NCBI RefSeq assembly: GCF_026210795.1
Contig: NC_089435.1
Coordinates: 1,364,001 to 1,428,000, forward strand
Length of the DNA stretch: 64,000 bases
Direction: 5' to 3'
From: Rhizophagus irregularis
Taxonomy: Eukaryota
Position numbers and translations under genes: made by a program. The notes under the pieces were generated by a model. That model searched no databases, had not been told where the DNA came from, and saw only the letters and a list, made by a program, of their open reading frames with translations. Below are positions 38,888-49,966 of this stretch, piece by piece (position 1 is the first letter of the stretch; every line of letters begins with the position of its first letter).

Positions 38888-40393
38888 ATGAATAATAATA
38901 ATTTTTTAACGAAATTATCACAAAATTTACTTGATATTTTAAATGATGAAGAATATTATGATGTTACTATTGAAGTTGGTGGAGACCCTTATATAAAAAT
39001 ATTTCGTGCTCACATGGTTATCTTACATTATCGTTCTAATTATTTAAGAAGAATTTTGTCAACCAATAAAAAGAAACATGATGGAACTTTGGTACATATA
39101 AAATTACCAAATATTTTACCTGAAATTTTTCAAATAATATTAAGGTAAGAATTAAGAAAAAATTGAATTTTAATTACAAAAATGATTCTATATAATAAAG
39201 TATTTTTTTTTATTTTTTTAAAAAAAATCTACACTTTTTATTTTAGATATATTTATGGTGGAAAAATTTCTTTAGAGGAATATGATATTTCGGATATTAT
39301 TAAAATCTTAGTTGCTGGAAGTGAACTTGGTCTCCAAGAATTAATCACTTATTTACAATCCTTTTTGGTTGAAAATAAGGCAAATTGGATGGAACAAAAT
39401 TTTGATTTGATATATAAAACAAGTTTTGAGAACGATTCTTTCTTGGAACTTCAAAAATTTTGTACTGATTTAACGTCGAAAGAACCAGTTAAGATATTTA
39501 AATCTCTAAATTTTTCTTCAATTTCGGAAAAACTTTTGGTTTCACTTATTCAAAGTGATAATCTTCAAATGGATGAAATTCAAATATGGGAAGATGTACT
39601 TAGATGGGGACTTGTTCAAAATCCAGAACTTCCTTCTGATCCTACAAACTTTTCAAAGGAAGATTTTAATGCTTTGAAAAATAGTTTACAACATTGCGTT
39701 CCACATATTAGATTCTATAATTTAACTTTTAAAGAATTTTCAGACAAAGTGTTACCCTATAAAAAAATTTTACCAAAAGAGTTATATAAAGATTTATTAA
39801 AATATTCTTTGGATCCCAATAACCAATCAATTAAAACATCAAAACCTCGTATTACTACTAAAGAAATTAATATTGATTCCAAAATCATTACAATTCAACA
39901 TTCCGAATTAATCTCAAAATGGATCGATAGATTAGAAAATTCGGATGAGATAAAAGATACTTACAACTTCAAATTGTTACTTCGTGGAACTCGTGATGGA
40001 TTTGCAACTAAAAAATTTCATGAAATCTGTGATAATCAATCTCGCACTGTTACAATAATTAAAGTGAAACATAGTGAAGAAATTCTTGGTGGATATAATC
40101 CAATTGAATGGAAATCTGATGGTTCTTATGCCACTACTAAAGATAGTTTTATATTCTCTTTTAAGAATAGGGACGACTTGCAAAATTATATTTTAAGTCG
40201 CGTGGAAAATGAAGGACATGCTACATATAATAATTATGGCTTTGGTCCATCATTTGGTATCGATCTTGTTCTTTATGGATACGGTGGTAAATGCTGTAAG
40301 GTGGCTTACGAAAAAAAAATTAGAGAATCTACTAGTAAACTTCCTGGTTTATTTTCTGTGGAAGAATATGAAATATTTCAAATTATAGAATAA
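38888..40393 (+). CDS. BTB/POZ-BACK-TLDc protein, 467 aa; exons 38888..39144 and 39247..40393
   Basis: YYDVTIEVG..FRAHMVIL..RS.YL (BTB); intron 39145..39246; TLDc motifs FKLLLRGTRDGF, ILGGYNP, GPSFG, VEEYEIFQI. Confidence 0.93.
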
Positions 40394-41888
40394 ATATATT
40401 AGCAGTTGTCGATTTTGGTTATTTTAAAGTATTTTATTTTATTTTTTATTTTTTTAAATGCACCTTAAGATCAGTAATATCACACGGAATCTAGTTTGTA
40501 TAACGGAAACTATTGTATATGATTCTAACTTTTAATAGACTTTTTATCTACTCATTTAAGTAAATATTATCTGTAAAAATTATCAATAAAAAGTCACGGA
40601 CGATCTTTGGAACCGTTGTTTAATTTAAGATCCCTTTTTATTATCAGTGATAGGAAGGTTATTAATTTTTTTCCAAGTTTATAAATACAAAATTTCAAAT
40701 ACACTATGGCGAAGTATAATTATAATGACTTGTAAAAAAAAAAATTCTTATGGAAAAAAAGTTGTAATGATTAAATTAATTTTTTAAGCTTATACTAGAC
40801 CTATGAATCTTATCAGTATATACTGTAGGACATTTATTGATATCCATTACCTTAGTGCTTATAAATTAGTACAGATATAAAAATTACTGCATTTTGTAAT
40901 TATTCTTCTCTTTATATTGAATTACAAACTTTTGAAATAAAACCATTATAATTAGTACCATTACTGCGTGTGACGATGGATTGTGAATAATATCCAGGTT
41001 CAGGGTATTATCCAGAAATAGAAACAATAACAATTTAAGGAAATCTAAAATAACTTATCCCGTGATTTTAAATATAATAAATGTAATAATTTCAATCGAA
41101 TCTGAAATTTATCATGTGCAAGTTACCGATAATTTTTAGACCATTTTATTGATTACGTTTCCAATGGCATTATACTTCGTAAAAGAAATATTAAGTGTTG
41201 TAACACCTGAGCCCATAGAGAATTATGTTTGCCACCTCAGGTATTAACAAAATGACTCTTTATTAATAATATAAATAAATACAATAATATGCTTGGTTTA
41301 ATAACATTAAATGCTAAAATAAATAATTCAAAACAAAATTCGTCCGATTTTCTCTCTTTTCCAAAAGTTGATCTTCACGCCCTTTTATGTTTGTTTTTGT
41401 GTAACTAAATTCGTAATTTCGATTCATGGATTTAAATTATTAAAGTATTTCCATTGTTTTAAAGTATTTCCATTATCTTAATTTTGTATCCATTTGATCA
41501 TCATAAACTCCTGAATTATGATTTATAATATTAACGTAGATATCAACAAATTAATCACTTGACACCTCAGATCACTTGATTTCATTCAATTTAGTATCTT
41601 TCGGATCTTCATTTATCCCTAAATCTCGTGACTAATAGTTTAAGGTCATCACGGACCAATTACCTTGATCCATGTGATTATTAGTTTAACGACTTCTCGG
41701 TCCAATTATCCTTGATTCTCATGACTAATAGTTTAACGACTTTTCGGTCCAATCAAAATAAAAATAAAAATAAGTTAAAATTTTATACACTAAGACTAAA
41801 TGTAATACTGCGCCTCACAATTAATAAATTTACTAGATATACTACGGCATTACAACTATCCCCCACATAAAAATTTAATGCCCTCATT

Positions 41889-41959
41889 AAATTTATTCTA
41901 AGAATCGAACTCGTGTCTCGAAGTGGTAGGTGCGAATTATACCACTAAATCAAGCATGC
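41889..41959 (-). pseudogene. Degenerate tRNA-Gly-like sequence inside the LTR element, just upstream of the PPT
   Basis: GCATGCT TG ATTTAGTGGTATAAT TCGCAC CTACCAC TTCGA GACACGAG TTCGATT CTTAG: A-box, ACC/GCC-like anticodon loop and B-box/T-loop present; 3' acceptor strand lost. Confidence 0.7.
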
Positions 41960-42135
41960 ATTGTCACTTGACTCAGCTGCGTTTTAAATATTCCTTTTTG
42001 CTGCGTCTACATCTGCGGTTTATCATGTGTTTGTTAAATCTACGGTTTTCCTGTACCGGATTTCACTTCGGTCTTTCTTAGGAAATTTTCATTAGTTTTT
42101 CCTATTTTCGAAAATTATTTTTATGTCATGTGATT

Positions 42136-45100
42136 TTATTTCACATGATTATAAATTATCTTTATTTTTCTAAGTCCATTGATATTATCCTGATAATCCT
42201 GACTATCATAATCATATTGGTCATATTGGTCATTATAATTATCATATTCCACTACATTGAATCCTCGATTATTGTTTTGGTGGTTTGGTGGTCTGTTATA
42301 GTTATTTGGTCTTCCATTATAGTTATTTGATCTTCTATTATAATTTTGATTATTTGGTCTTCCATAGTTTCTTTGACCATTATTTACCCTACATTCATTT
42401 GCATAATGTCCTGATTGTTTACAATTATAACATGCTCGAGGTGGTGGTCCTTGTCTATTATTATTGTTTGGTGGTCTCTTTTGCCCTCCAAGTTGATTTA
42501 CTAGTTTTACCTCTAATTTTTTAAACATGTCGGCAAGGTCATCCTCATAATTTTTCTCCAATGGTTTTTCAAATATATTCTTTGGCTTGTCATCTTGTAT
42601 ATCGATTCCTTTTCTTTGGGTACTAACTGATATACCACGTGTCTTTCTTATTAATTCATTAGTAGCTTCCTCCTCTCTTCTTGCTGTATTCACTGCATCA
42701 TTTAAATTTGCTGGGTTTTGTCTTCTGACTTGATATCCCAATGTTGGTGTTAATCCTTCGATATAATTATCCACTTGTAATTCATCGTCTAATGCATGGC
42801 CTCTGGTAGCTATCCTTAATATTTGTCTAAACCTTATCGTATATGCCTCAACATTTTCATTTACTCCTTGTGTTATTTTCCTTAATTCTAACATTTTCCT
42901 TTTTCTAACATCTTCCCTGGTAAATCTTTGTTTAATCCTATGTTTTAAATCATTATCATTATCGTTATCTTGCCAATTTACCAAATGACCATTGTTTGCT
43001 TCCTTCTTTTCATTATACCATTGTGCTGCTGCACCTTTTAAACAGGTAGCTGCCATTGCTGCTTGTCTAGCTCCATTTGCTCCTGCTGCTTTTCCTATAG
43101 CAGTAAATGCTGTTTCAAATTGTCTTACCCAATCGTTTACGTCTTCTTCTTCCTTTCCATAAAATTGTGGCATACTAATTATTCCTCCAGCTACATTTCC
43201 TGCATCCTCAATTGCGTTTGCTAATGGGTTGGCTGCGACTAATCCAGCCCAATTACCTCCTATATCATGTCCTGTTGCTGCTAGTAAAGCCGCTCTAAAA
43301 TCTTCCCTTACTTCAGCTCTTGTTGCTCCCATAATTATTGGTACTATTGGTGGGATTGGTGGTATCGGTGGTGTTAAAGGTGTTTCAAATAAATTTTCTA
43401 TATTATAATCAGATATTTCACTTTTATCCTCAGAATTTGATTCTGAACTTTCACTTGAGTCAAAACCAGGTCTATTTATAATGTTTTCTTCATAAGGTTC
43501 TTCAAAATTTTCATTGCTATTGGTATCATTTGGATTTAAAATTTCTCCATCTTTTCCAGATCCATCTGATTCTTTTTCAGATTCATTTCCACTACTTTTA
43601 CTATCCTCAATTCTAGCTTGTTGTTTTAGAAATTTATCCAATATCCGTTTTAAATTTTTCTCCAAATCATTTTTATTTCCTTGGAATATTTCAATAAATT
43701 CTTGATCCAATATTTCTCCATCAGTATATCCCATACTGATTAACCTTAATAACTCTCCATCAGTTATTTCTATTTTATTATCATCACATATTTGTTTTAA
43801 TCTTTTGACCCTGATATCAATTTCATTTTCGTCATTCTCACAATCCCTACACTTGGTTTTTCCTTCGTCAAATTTATTGTTCATCCATCTTATTCCACAT
43901 TCATTACAAAATGTGGTATTTTCATTTATCCATTCATATAATTTTATCCTTAATTCTTTGTCATTCGTATCCATTTCCTGGAAATATTTTTCCATAAATT
44001 CTGTTGTTAATATCATACTATTGCTTATCCTGAATTTTCTTATTCTCTCTATTTCTGACACATTTAATTCGTATCCTAGTTTTTCTAAGTCATCCTTTAA
44101 TTCTAATAATTCTTTTTGTTCACAATTTTTACATTGTCCAATGTCTGCTATCATATCAGGTAACTTTCTATTCTTACAATTTCCACATATTAATGTTTCT
44201 TTTGTTAACCATTCATTTATTTCATCTTTTAATTTTTCATCACTTAGTCTCATTAATTCGAAAAATGTACCTAAAAAGTCCTCTGTTAATATCAATTCTA
44301 TCCTTATCCTTAGGTCCCACATTCTTTGTATATCTTTGTCGGTGAACCTTCCACCCATTTCTTCAATTTTTCTTTTTAATGATTCCACTGTCCATTCGAC
44401 ATCATCCTCTATTTTTATTTCATAATGTATACTACCATCACTGTCCTCTAATTCATAACTTTCAGGACTATCACTTTCTGGGTCCTCAGGTTCCCTTGTA
44501 AATTGTTTGGTGTCAATAAATCTTTGTCTTACTTTCTGTATCAATCTCTTCCATGCATCCTTTCCTTCTTGAGTGAATGCCTCACATCTATTCTGGTGTT
44601 CTATCTGGAGTATTAATTCAACTACCTTTTCACTCCTCAACAGATCTTCTGTTTCTTCATATAATAAATCCCTGAATAACTTTATTGCTAACTTCTTAAC
44701 ATGTATTGCTTTCATTTCATTTTCCAATATCGTGTTATAACAATCCCAAAATTTTTGAAATCTATTTTCAACATCCCAATCTTCTAAAATGTATCCATGT
44801 TTCATTATTTCTGGACATCCTATCAATCGATCAAATACTTCATTTTCCAAGTTTCCTTCAATACAATCCCTTACAATTACTACAATTATTATTCTCAATC
44901 CTTTTTCCTTCATTTTTGGTTGTTGTCTGTACCTTATTGATTCAATTATTCTATCTACTATATTCCTACATTTTCCTTTATGTATTGTATCCTCCCTTTC
45001 TCTATTGTCCATACTTAATAAATTCAATAATTCTTTATGTGTTACATTATTGTACATTAGTATTGTATCCTCGAATTTAAATAAAGCATCCCAAAATTTC

Positions 45101-45237
45101 TTGAATGCTGCTGATACTTCTCTTTCTATTGGATTACATATTTCACATGCTAAACATTCCTCTGGTTCTATCACTCCTAGGTCATGTTCTTGTTTATGGT
45201 TTATATATTCAGCGTTCCAAACATGGTACCATTCCAT
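42136..45237 (-). CDS. 1033-aa Gag-like protein: ~630-aa acidic N-terminal extension, retrotransposon capsid and CCHC zinc knuckle
   Basis: MPQFYGKEEEDVNDWVRQFE, LKGAAAQWY, QGVNENVEAYTIRF (major-homology-like region), CYNCKQSGHYANEC; no protease, RT or integrase downstream. Confidence 0.9.
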   Translation of the reverse strand: MEWYHVWNAEYINHKQEHDLGVIEPEECLACEICNPIEREVSAAFKKFWDALFKFEDTILMYNNVTHKELLNLLSMDNREREDTIHKGKCRNIVDRIIESIRYRQQPKMKEKGLRIIIVVIVRDCIEGNLENEVFDRLIGCPEIMKHGYILEDWDVENRFQKFWDCYNTILENEMKAIHVKKLAIKLFRDLLYEETEDLLRSEKVVELILQIEHQNRCEAFTQEGKDAWKRLIQKVRQRFIDTKQFTREPEDPESDSPESYELEDSDGSIHYEIKIEDDVEWTVESLKRKIEEMGGRFTDKDIQRMWDLRIRIELILTEDFLGTFFELMRLSDEKLKDEINEWLTKETLICGNCKNRKLPDMIADIGQCKNCEQKELLELKDDLEKLGYELNVSEIERIRKFRISNSMILTTEFMEKYFQEMDTNDKELRIKLYEWINENTTFCNECGIRWMNNKFDEGKTKCRDCENDENEIDIRVKRLKQICDDNKIEITDGELLRLISMGYTDGEILDQEFIEIFQGNKNDLEKNLKRILDKFLKQQARIEDSKSSGNESEKESDGSGKDGEILNPNDTNSNENFEEPYEENIINRPGFDSSESSESNSEDKSEISDYNIENLFETPLTPPIPPIPPIVPIIMGATRAEVREDFRAALLAATGHDIGGNWAGLVAANPLANAIEDAGNVAGGIISMPQFYGKEEEDVNDWVRQFETAFTAIGKAAGANGARQAAMAATCLKGAAAQWYNEKKEANNGHLVNWQDNDNDNDLKHRIKQRFTREDVRKRKMLELRKITQGVNENVEAYTIRFRQILRIATRGHALDDELQVDNYIEGLTPTLGYQVRRQNPANLNDAVNTARREEEATNELIRKTRGISVSTQRKGIDIQDDKPKNIFEKPLEKNYEDDLADMFKKLEVKLVNQLGGQKRPPNNNNRQGPPPRACYNCKQSGHYANECRVNNGQRNYGRPNNQNYNRRSNNYNGRPNNYNRPPNHQNNNRGFNVVEYDNYNDQYDQYDYDSQDYQDNINGLRKIKIIYNHVK

Positions 45238-45757
45238 TTTAATAAAATTCTCTAAAAATTTTCACATCTTTTACTTTTTATCCTTCTTTTATATTTTATT
45301 TGACCTATACTGGGCTTGCCTTTACCTCATTTGTTCATTACTGAGTATGGTAGTTTACAGGTTTGTACAAATAAATTTATATTCCATAAAATTTTCCAAC
45401 CTAAGGTTGAAGTGTGAATCCATATTTGATTTGTCCGATTATTTGTTGTATTTCCAAGACTGATGTATCTTTCCTCGGTGTCAACAATTCATTTAATAAG
45501 TGGGAGATTCAAATCTCCCTCTTTCATATGCTCCTACTACGCCTCTAATTCTATCATATCCTAAAATTTACTGTGCTTTGATAATCTTTAATTAATAATC
45601 TCGACACCTGTATTGACATTTTATATAATTTTACTACGCTACAAAATCTCTTATCATTTATATCCTTATTAATTTTTAATAACTTTCCTTGAATATATTT
45701 GTCCAGCAAACATTATTTTAATTTTTGTTAACGTTAATCATGATTTTTCTTGGGTAC

Positions 45758-45906
45758 CCTCACACAGAATTGTTTTTGAAAGTTCACACAGAACTATTCT
45801 CAATTGATCACACAGAATACCTCAATTGAGTTCACACAGAAAAAGCTCACACAGAACTATTCTCAATTGATCACACAGAAAACCTCAATTGAGTTCACAC
45901 AGAATT
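45758..45906 (-). repeat. Seven TCACACAGAA motifs in the 5' UTR of the LTR element
   Basis: Directly visible, with CTCAATTGAG palindromic linkers. Confidence 0.8.
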
Positions 45907-46476
45907 ACCCTACCATCGTATTTATAGTGTCGGTTTTTGGGTACACTTTTTATCCTTAACTTAACCTCAATTATTTATAAAAATTATTTTTAATCCTTAA
46001 TTCATGGAACTTATTTACAATATTCTATTAAAACCCCTTCTAACTTGATTAGCCTCGCATTTCCCTTGATAATCAATTACTACCATACATATTTGGTTCA
46101 TATGTATGAAAATTATTATAATAATAATTTTTCATTGACTTATCAGCCGGTGGTCAAGTTAGATCAAAAATTTAATTTTTAACATTATCTCTTTATACAT
46201 TTATGGTCATACTCACCCAAATTAATACCTTTTACCTTGGTAACCATTATTTTCACGTATCCTTTAAAATATTTAACTTTATTTTATTAAAATTTAACGT
46301 TAATACACCTTAAATTCTTTTTTAACCAAGACTTAGAACTTTTAATTTTATAATTCCTTAACTTCGTCGATCCTTTATTTGTAACTTCTAATGATCACGT
46401 GGGGTGATCATTTTCTTTTCTCAGAGATCCTGTACTTATAACCTGTAGTGATCATGTGAGGATGATCACTTTTCCT

Positions 46477-46494
46477 TTCTCAGAGCATGCACCA
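46477..46494 (-). promoter_or_regulatory. Primer binding site, 18 nt, complementary to a tRNA 3' end ...TTCTCAGAGCATGCACCA
   Basis: TGGTGCATGCTCTGAGAA begins 2 nt after the 5' LTR. Confidence 0.88.
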
Positions 46495-48461
46495 CTTGTA
46501 ACACCTGAGCCCATAGAGAATTATGTTTGCCACCTCAGGTATTAACAAAATGACTCTTTATTAATAATATAAATAAATACAATAATATGCTTGGTTTAAT
46601 AACATTAAATGCTAAAATAAATAATTCAAAACAAAATTCGTCCGATTTTCTCTCTTTTCCAAAAGTTGATCTTCACGCCCTTTTATGTTTGTTTTTGTGT
46701 AACTAAATTCGTAATTTCGATTCATGGATTTAAATTATTAAAGTATTTCCATTGTTTTAAAGTATTTCCATTATCTTAATTTTGTATCCATTTGATCATC
46801 ATAAACTCCTGAATTATGATTTATAATATTAACGTAGATATCAACAAATTAATCACTTGACACCTCAGATCACTTGATTTCATTCAATTTAGTATCTTTC
46901 GGATCTTCATTTATCCCTAAATCTCGTGACTAATAGTTTAAGGTCATCACGGACCAATTACCTTGATCCATGTGATTATTAGTTTAACGACTTCTCGGTC
47001 CAATTATCCTTGATTCTCATGACTAATAGTTTAACGACTTTTCGGTCCAATCAAAATAAAAATAAAAATAAGTTAAAATTTTATACACTAAGACTAAATG
47101 TAATACTGCGCCTCACAATTAATAAATTTACTAGATATACTACGGCATTACAGTGTTCCGATCCCAAATCCGATAACGTATCCAATATTTTTAGGCGGAT
47201 AGGATCTGATGAACAGTTTACAACATTGTATTCCATTTATTAAATTCTATAATTTAATTTATAATTTAATTTTGAAAATTTTTCAAAGTGTTATCTTGTA
47301 AAAACTTTACCAAATGTATTATAAAAACCTATTAAAATATTTTTTGAATCTCGATAACAACGATTCAAATTAAATGCTCGTATGACTACTAAAAAATTAA
47401 TTTTAATACCGAAATCATCACATCTTAACAATGCTCAAAATGGATCAATAGATTAGGAATTACAGATGAGGCAGGAAATGAATACAATTCAAATTGTGAT
47501 TTTGTGGATCTCATACGTCTAAAAAATTTTATGAAATCTGTGATAGTTAATTAGAAGACTTTTTTTTATATTGGTATTTTATCTCATATCATTTAATTTC
47601 AATTTTATAACCAAATAATCTGGAGTAAATTCTGGATTAATTATGCCCAATAAATGATCATTGAGCTCCTCTTAATCTTTGGAATCATTAATTATTGACT
47701 AACAACTCAAAATTTCGACTCTGATTATTATATACAGGAAGTACAGTACATTTTTGAATAATTAATAAAAATTTGGTTTACCTGGGTAGTGTATATGCCA
47801 TATTATTTTCTTGTTTATACTGTGTATTTATTACGTTCTTTTATGTCCTCTTATCATTCATGCTAATGGTTTCGGATTATAAAATTCTTTTTTCTATTAA
47901 AGCAGTTATAATTCAATCAAATAATTTCGAGGTCATAGTTACTTGTTCATATACGAAATAAATGATTTGTAAAATCATTAGAACAAGACAAGTATCATGT
48001 AAAGTATACGTATGATATTTTTTTATTTTTTTTAAAAAAAAATCTTTCATTATTTTTCTCGAGAAATATGCTGTACGTCCGAGTCTCATTTACATCTCAA
48101 TTAGTAATTTTAAAGAACTTTTGTCAATTTTTGTCTATTCTCGTCAAATTTTCTAGAATTCAACTTGCAAAATAGGAATTGTATAAGGTCTTATAAATTA
48201 AATATTATTTACTATAGATGATAAAACTTTGACAAAAAATATTTATTTGAAATTTTTTATCTTAACGGAAAAGAATGATTATCGCTAATTTCAAGATCTG
48301 CAATGATGTCATTATTTTTCATATAAACACAAACTATCAAGCATCCGGTGCTACATGTACGTTGTTCCAGATCAACAAGCTGCAGCGGTAATTATAAATA
48401 AGGCTTAATCCTTTTCATTTTTTTTTCATTTTTTTTTTAAATTTATTAAATTTATTAAATC

Positions 48462-49966
48462 ATGGACGATAATAAATTTTTAACGAAATTATCACAAAAT
48501 TTACTTGATGTTTTAAATGATGAAGAATATTATGATGTTACTATTGAAGTTGGTAATGATCCTTACATAAAGATATTCCGTGCTCATATGGTTATCTTAC
48601 ACTATCGTTCTACTTATTTAAGAAGAATTTTATCAATCAATAAAAAGAAAAATGATGGAACTTTGGTACATATAAAATTACCAAATATTTTACCTGAAAT
48701 TTTTCAAATAATATTAAGGTAAGAATTAAGAAAATAATTAAATTTAAATTACCAAAATGATAATAAGATAAAATATTTTTTTTAAAAAAAATTTTAAAAA
48801 TTTACACTTTTTATTTTAGATATATTTATGGTGGAAAAATTTCTTTAGAGGAATATGATACTTCAGATATAATTAAGATTTTGGTTGCTGGAAGTGAACT
48901 TGGTCTCCAAGAATTAATCACTTATTTACAATCCTTTTTGATTGAAACTAAGGCAAATTGGATGGAATTTAATTTTAATTTGATATACAAAACAAGTTTT
49001 GAGAACGATTCTTTCTTAGAACTTCAAGAATTTTGTAATAATTTAATAACAAAAAAGCCAAACAAGATATTTAAATCTCTAAATTTTTCTTTGATTCCAG
49101 AAAAACTTTTGGTTTTACTTATTCAAAGTGATAATCTTCAAATGGACGAAATTCAAGTATGGGAAGAAGTGCTTAAATGGGGACTTGCTCAAAATCCAGA
49201 TCTTCCTTCTGATCCTACAGATTTTTCAAAAGAAGATTTTAATACTTTGAAAAATAGTTTACAACATTGCGTTCCACATATTAGATTCTATAATTTAACT
49301 TCTGAAGAATTTTCAGATGAAGTGTTACCTTATAAAAAAGTTTTACCAAAAGAATTATATAAAGATTTATTAAAATATTTTTTGGATCCCAATAACCAAT
49401 CAATTAAAACATCAAAACCTCGTATTACCACTAAAGAAATTAATATTGATTCCAAAATCATTACAATTCAACATTCCGAATTAATCTCAAAATGGATCGA
49501 TAGATTAGAAAATTCGGATGAGATAAAAGATACTTACAACTTCAAATTGTTACTTCGTGGAACTCGTGATGGATTTGCAACTAAAAAATTTCATGAAATC
49601 TGTGATAATCAACCTCGCACTGTGACAATAATTAAAGTGAAAGATAGTAAGGAAATTCTCGGTGGATATAATCCAATTAAATGGAAATCGGATAAATCTT
49701 CTGGCATTACTAAAGATAGTTTTATATTTTCTTTTAAGAATAGGGATAACTTTGAAAATTATATTTTAAGTCGCGTAGAAAATGAAAATTATGCTACATT
49801 TAATGATCATGATTTTGGTCCATCATTTGGTATCGATCTTATTCTTTATGGAAACAGTGGTAAATGTAGTAAACGGGCTTACGAGAGTCAGATCAGAGGA
49901 GCTAGTAGTATATTTTCTAGTTCATTTTTTGTGGAAGAATACGAAGTATTTCAAATTATAAAATAA
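48462..49966 (+). CDS. BTB/POZ-BACK-TLDc protein, 467 aa; exons 48462..48718 and 48820..49966
   Basis: Paralog of 38888 with the same exon lengths (257 + 1147 nt); intron 48719..48819. Confidence 0.93.

Larger units (their letters stand above)
41199..47152 (-). mobile_element. Gag-only (pol-less) Ty3/Gypsy-type LTR retrotransposon; 656-bp LTRs at 41199..41854 and 46497..47152
   Basis: LTRs TG...CA, identical by eye; 4-bp TSD GTGT; PBS 46477..46494; PPT GGGGGATAG next to 41855; empty site visible in the paralogous unit at ~37512. Confidence 0.95.

Noticed and set aside
41889..41959. Functional tRNA gene
   Set aside because: The acceptor stem cannot form and the anticodon and T stems are mismatched; reported as tRNA-derived only
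42130..45463. Plus-strand ORFs within the LTR element
   Set aside because: Antisense shadows of gag
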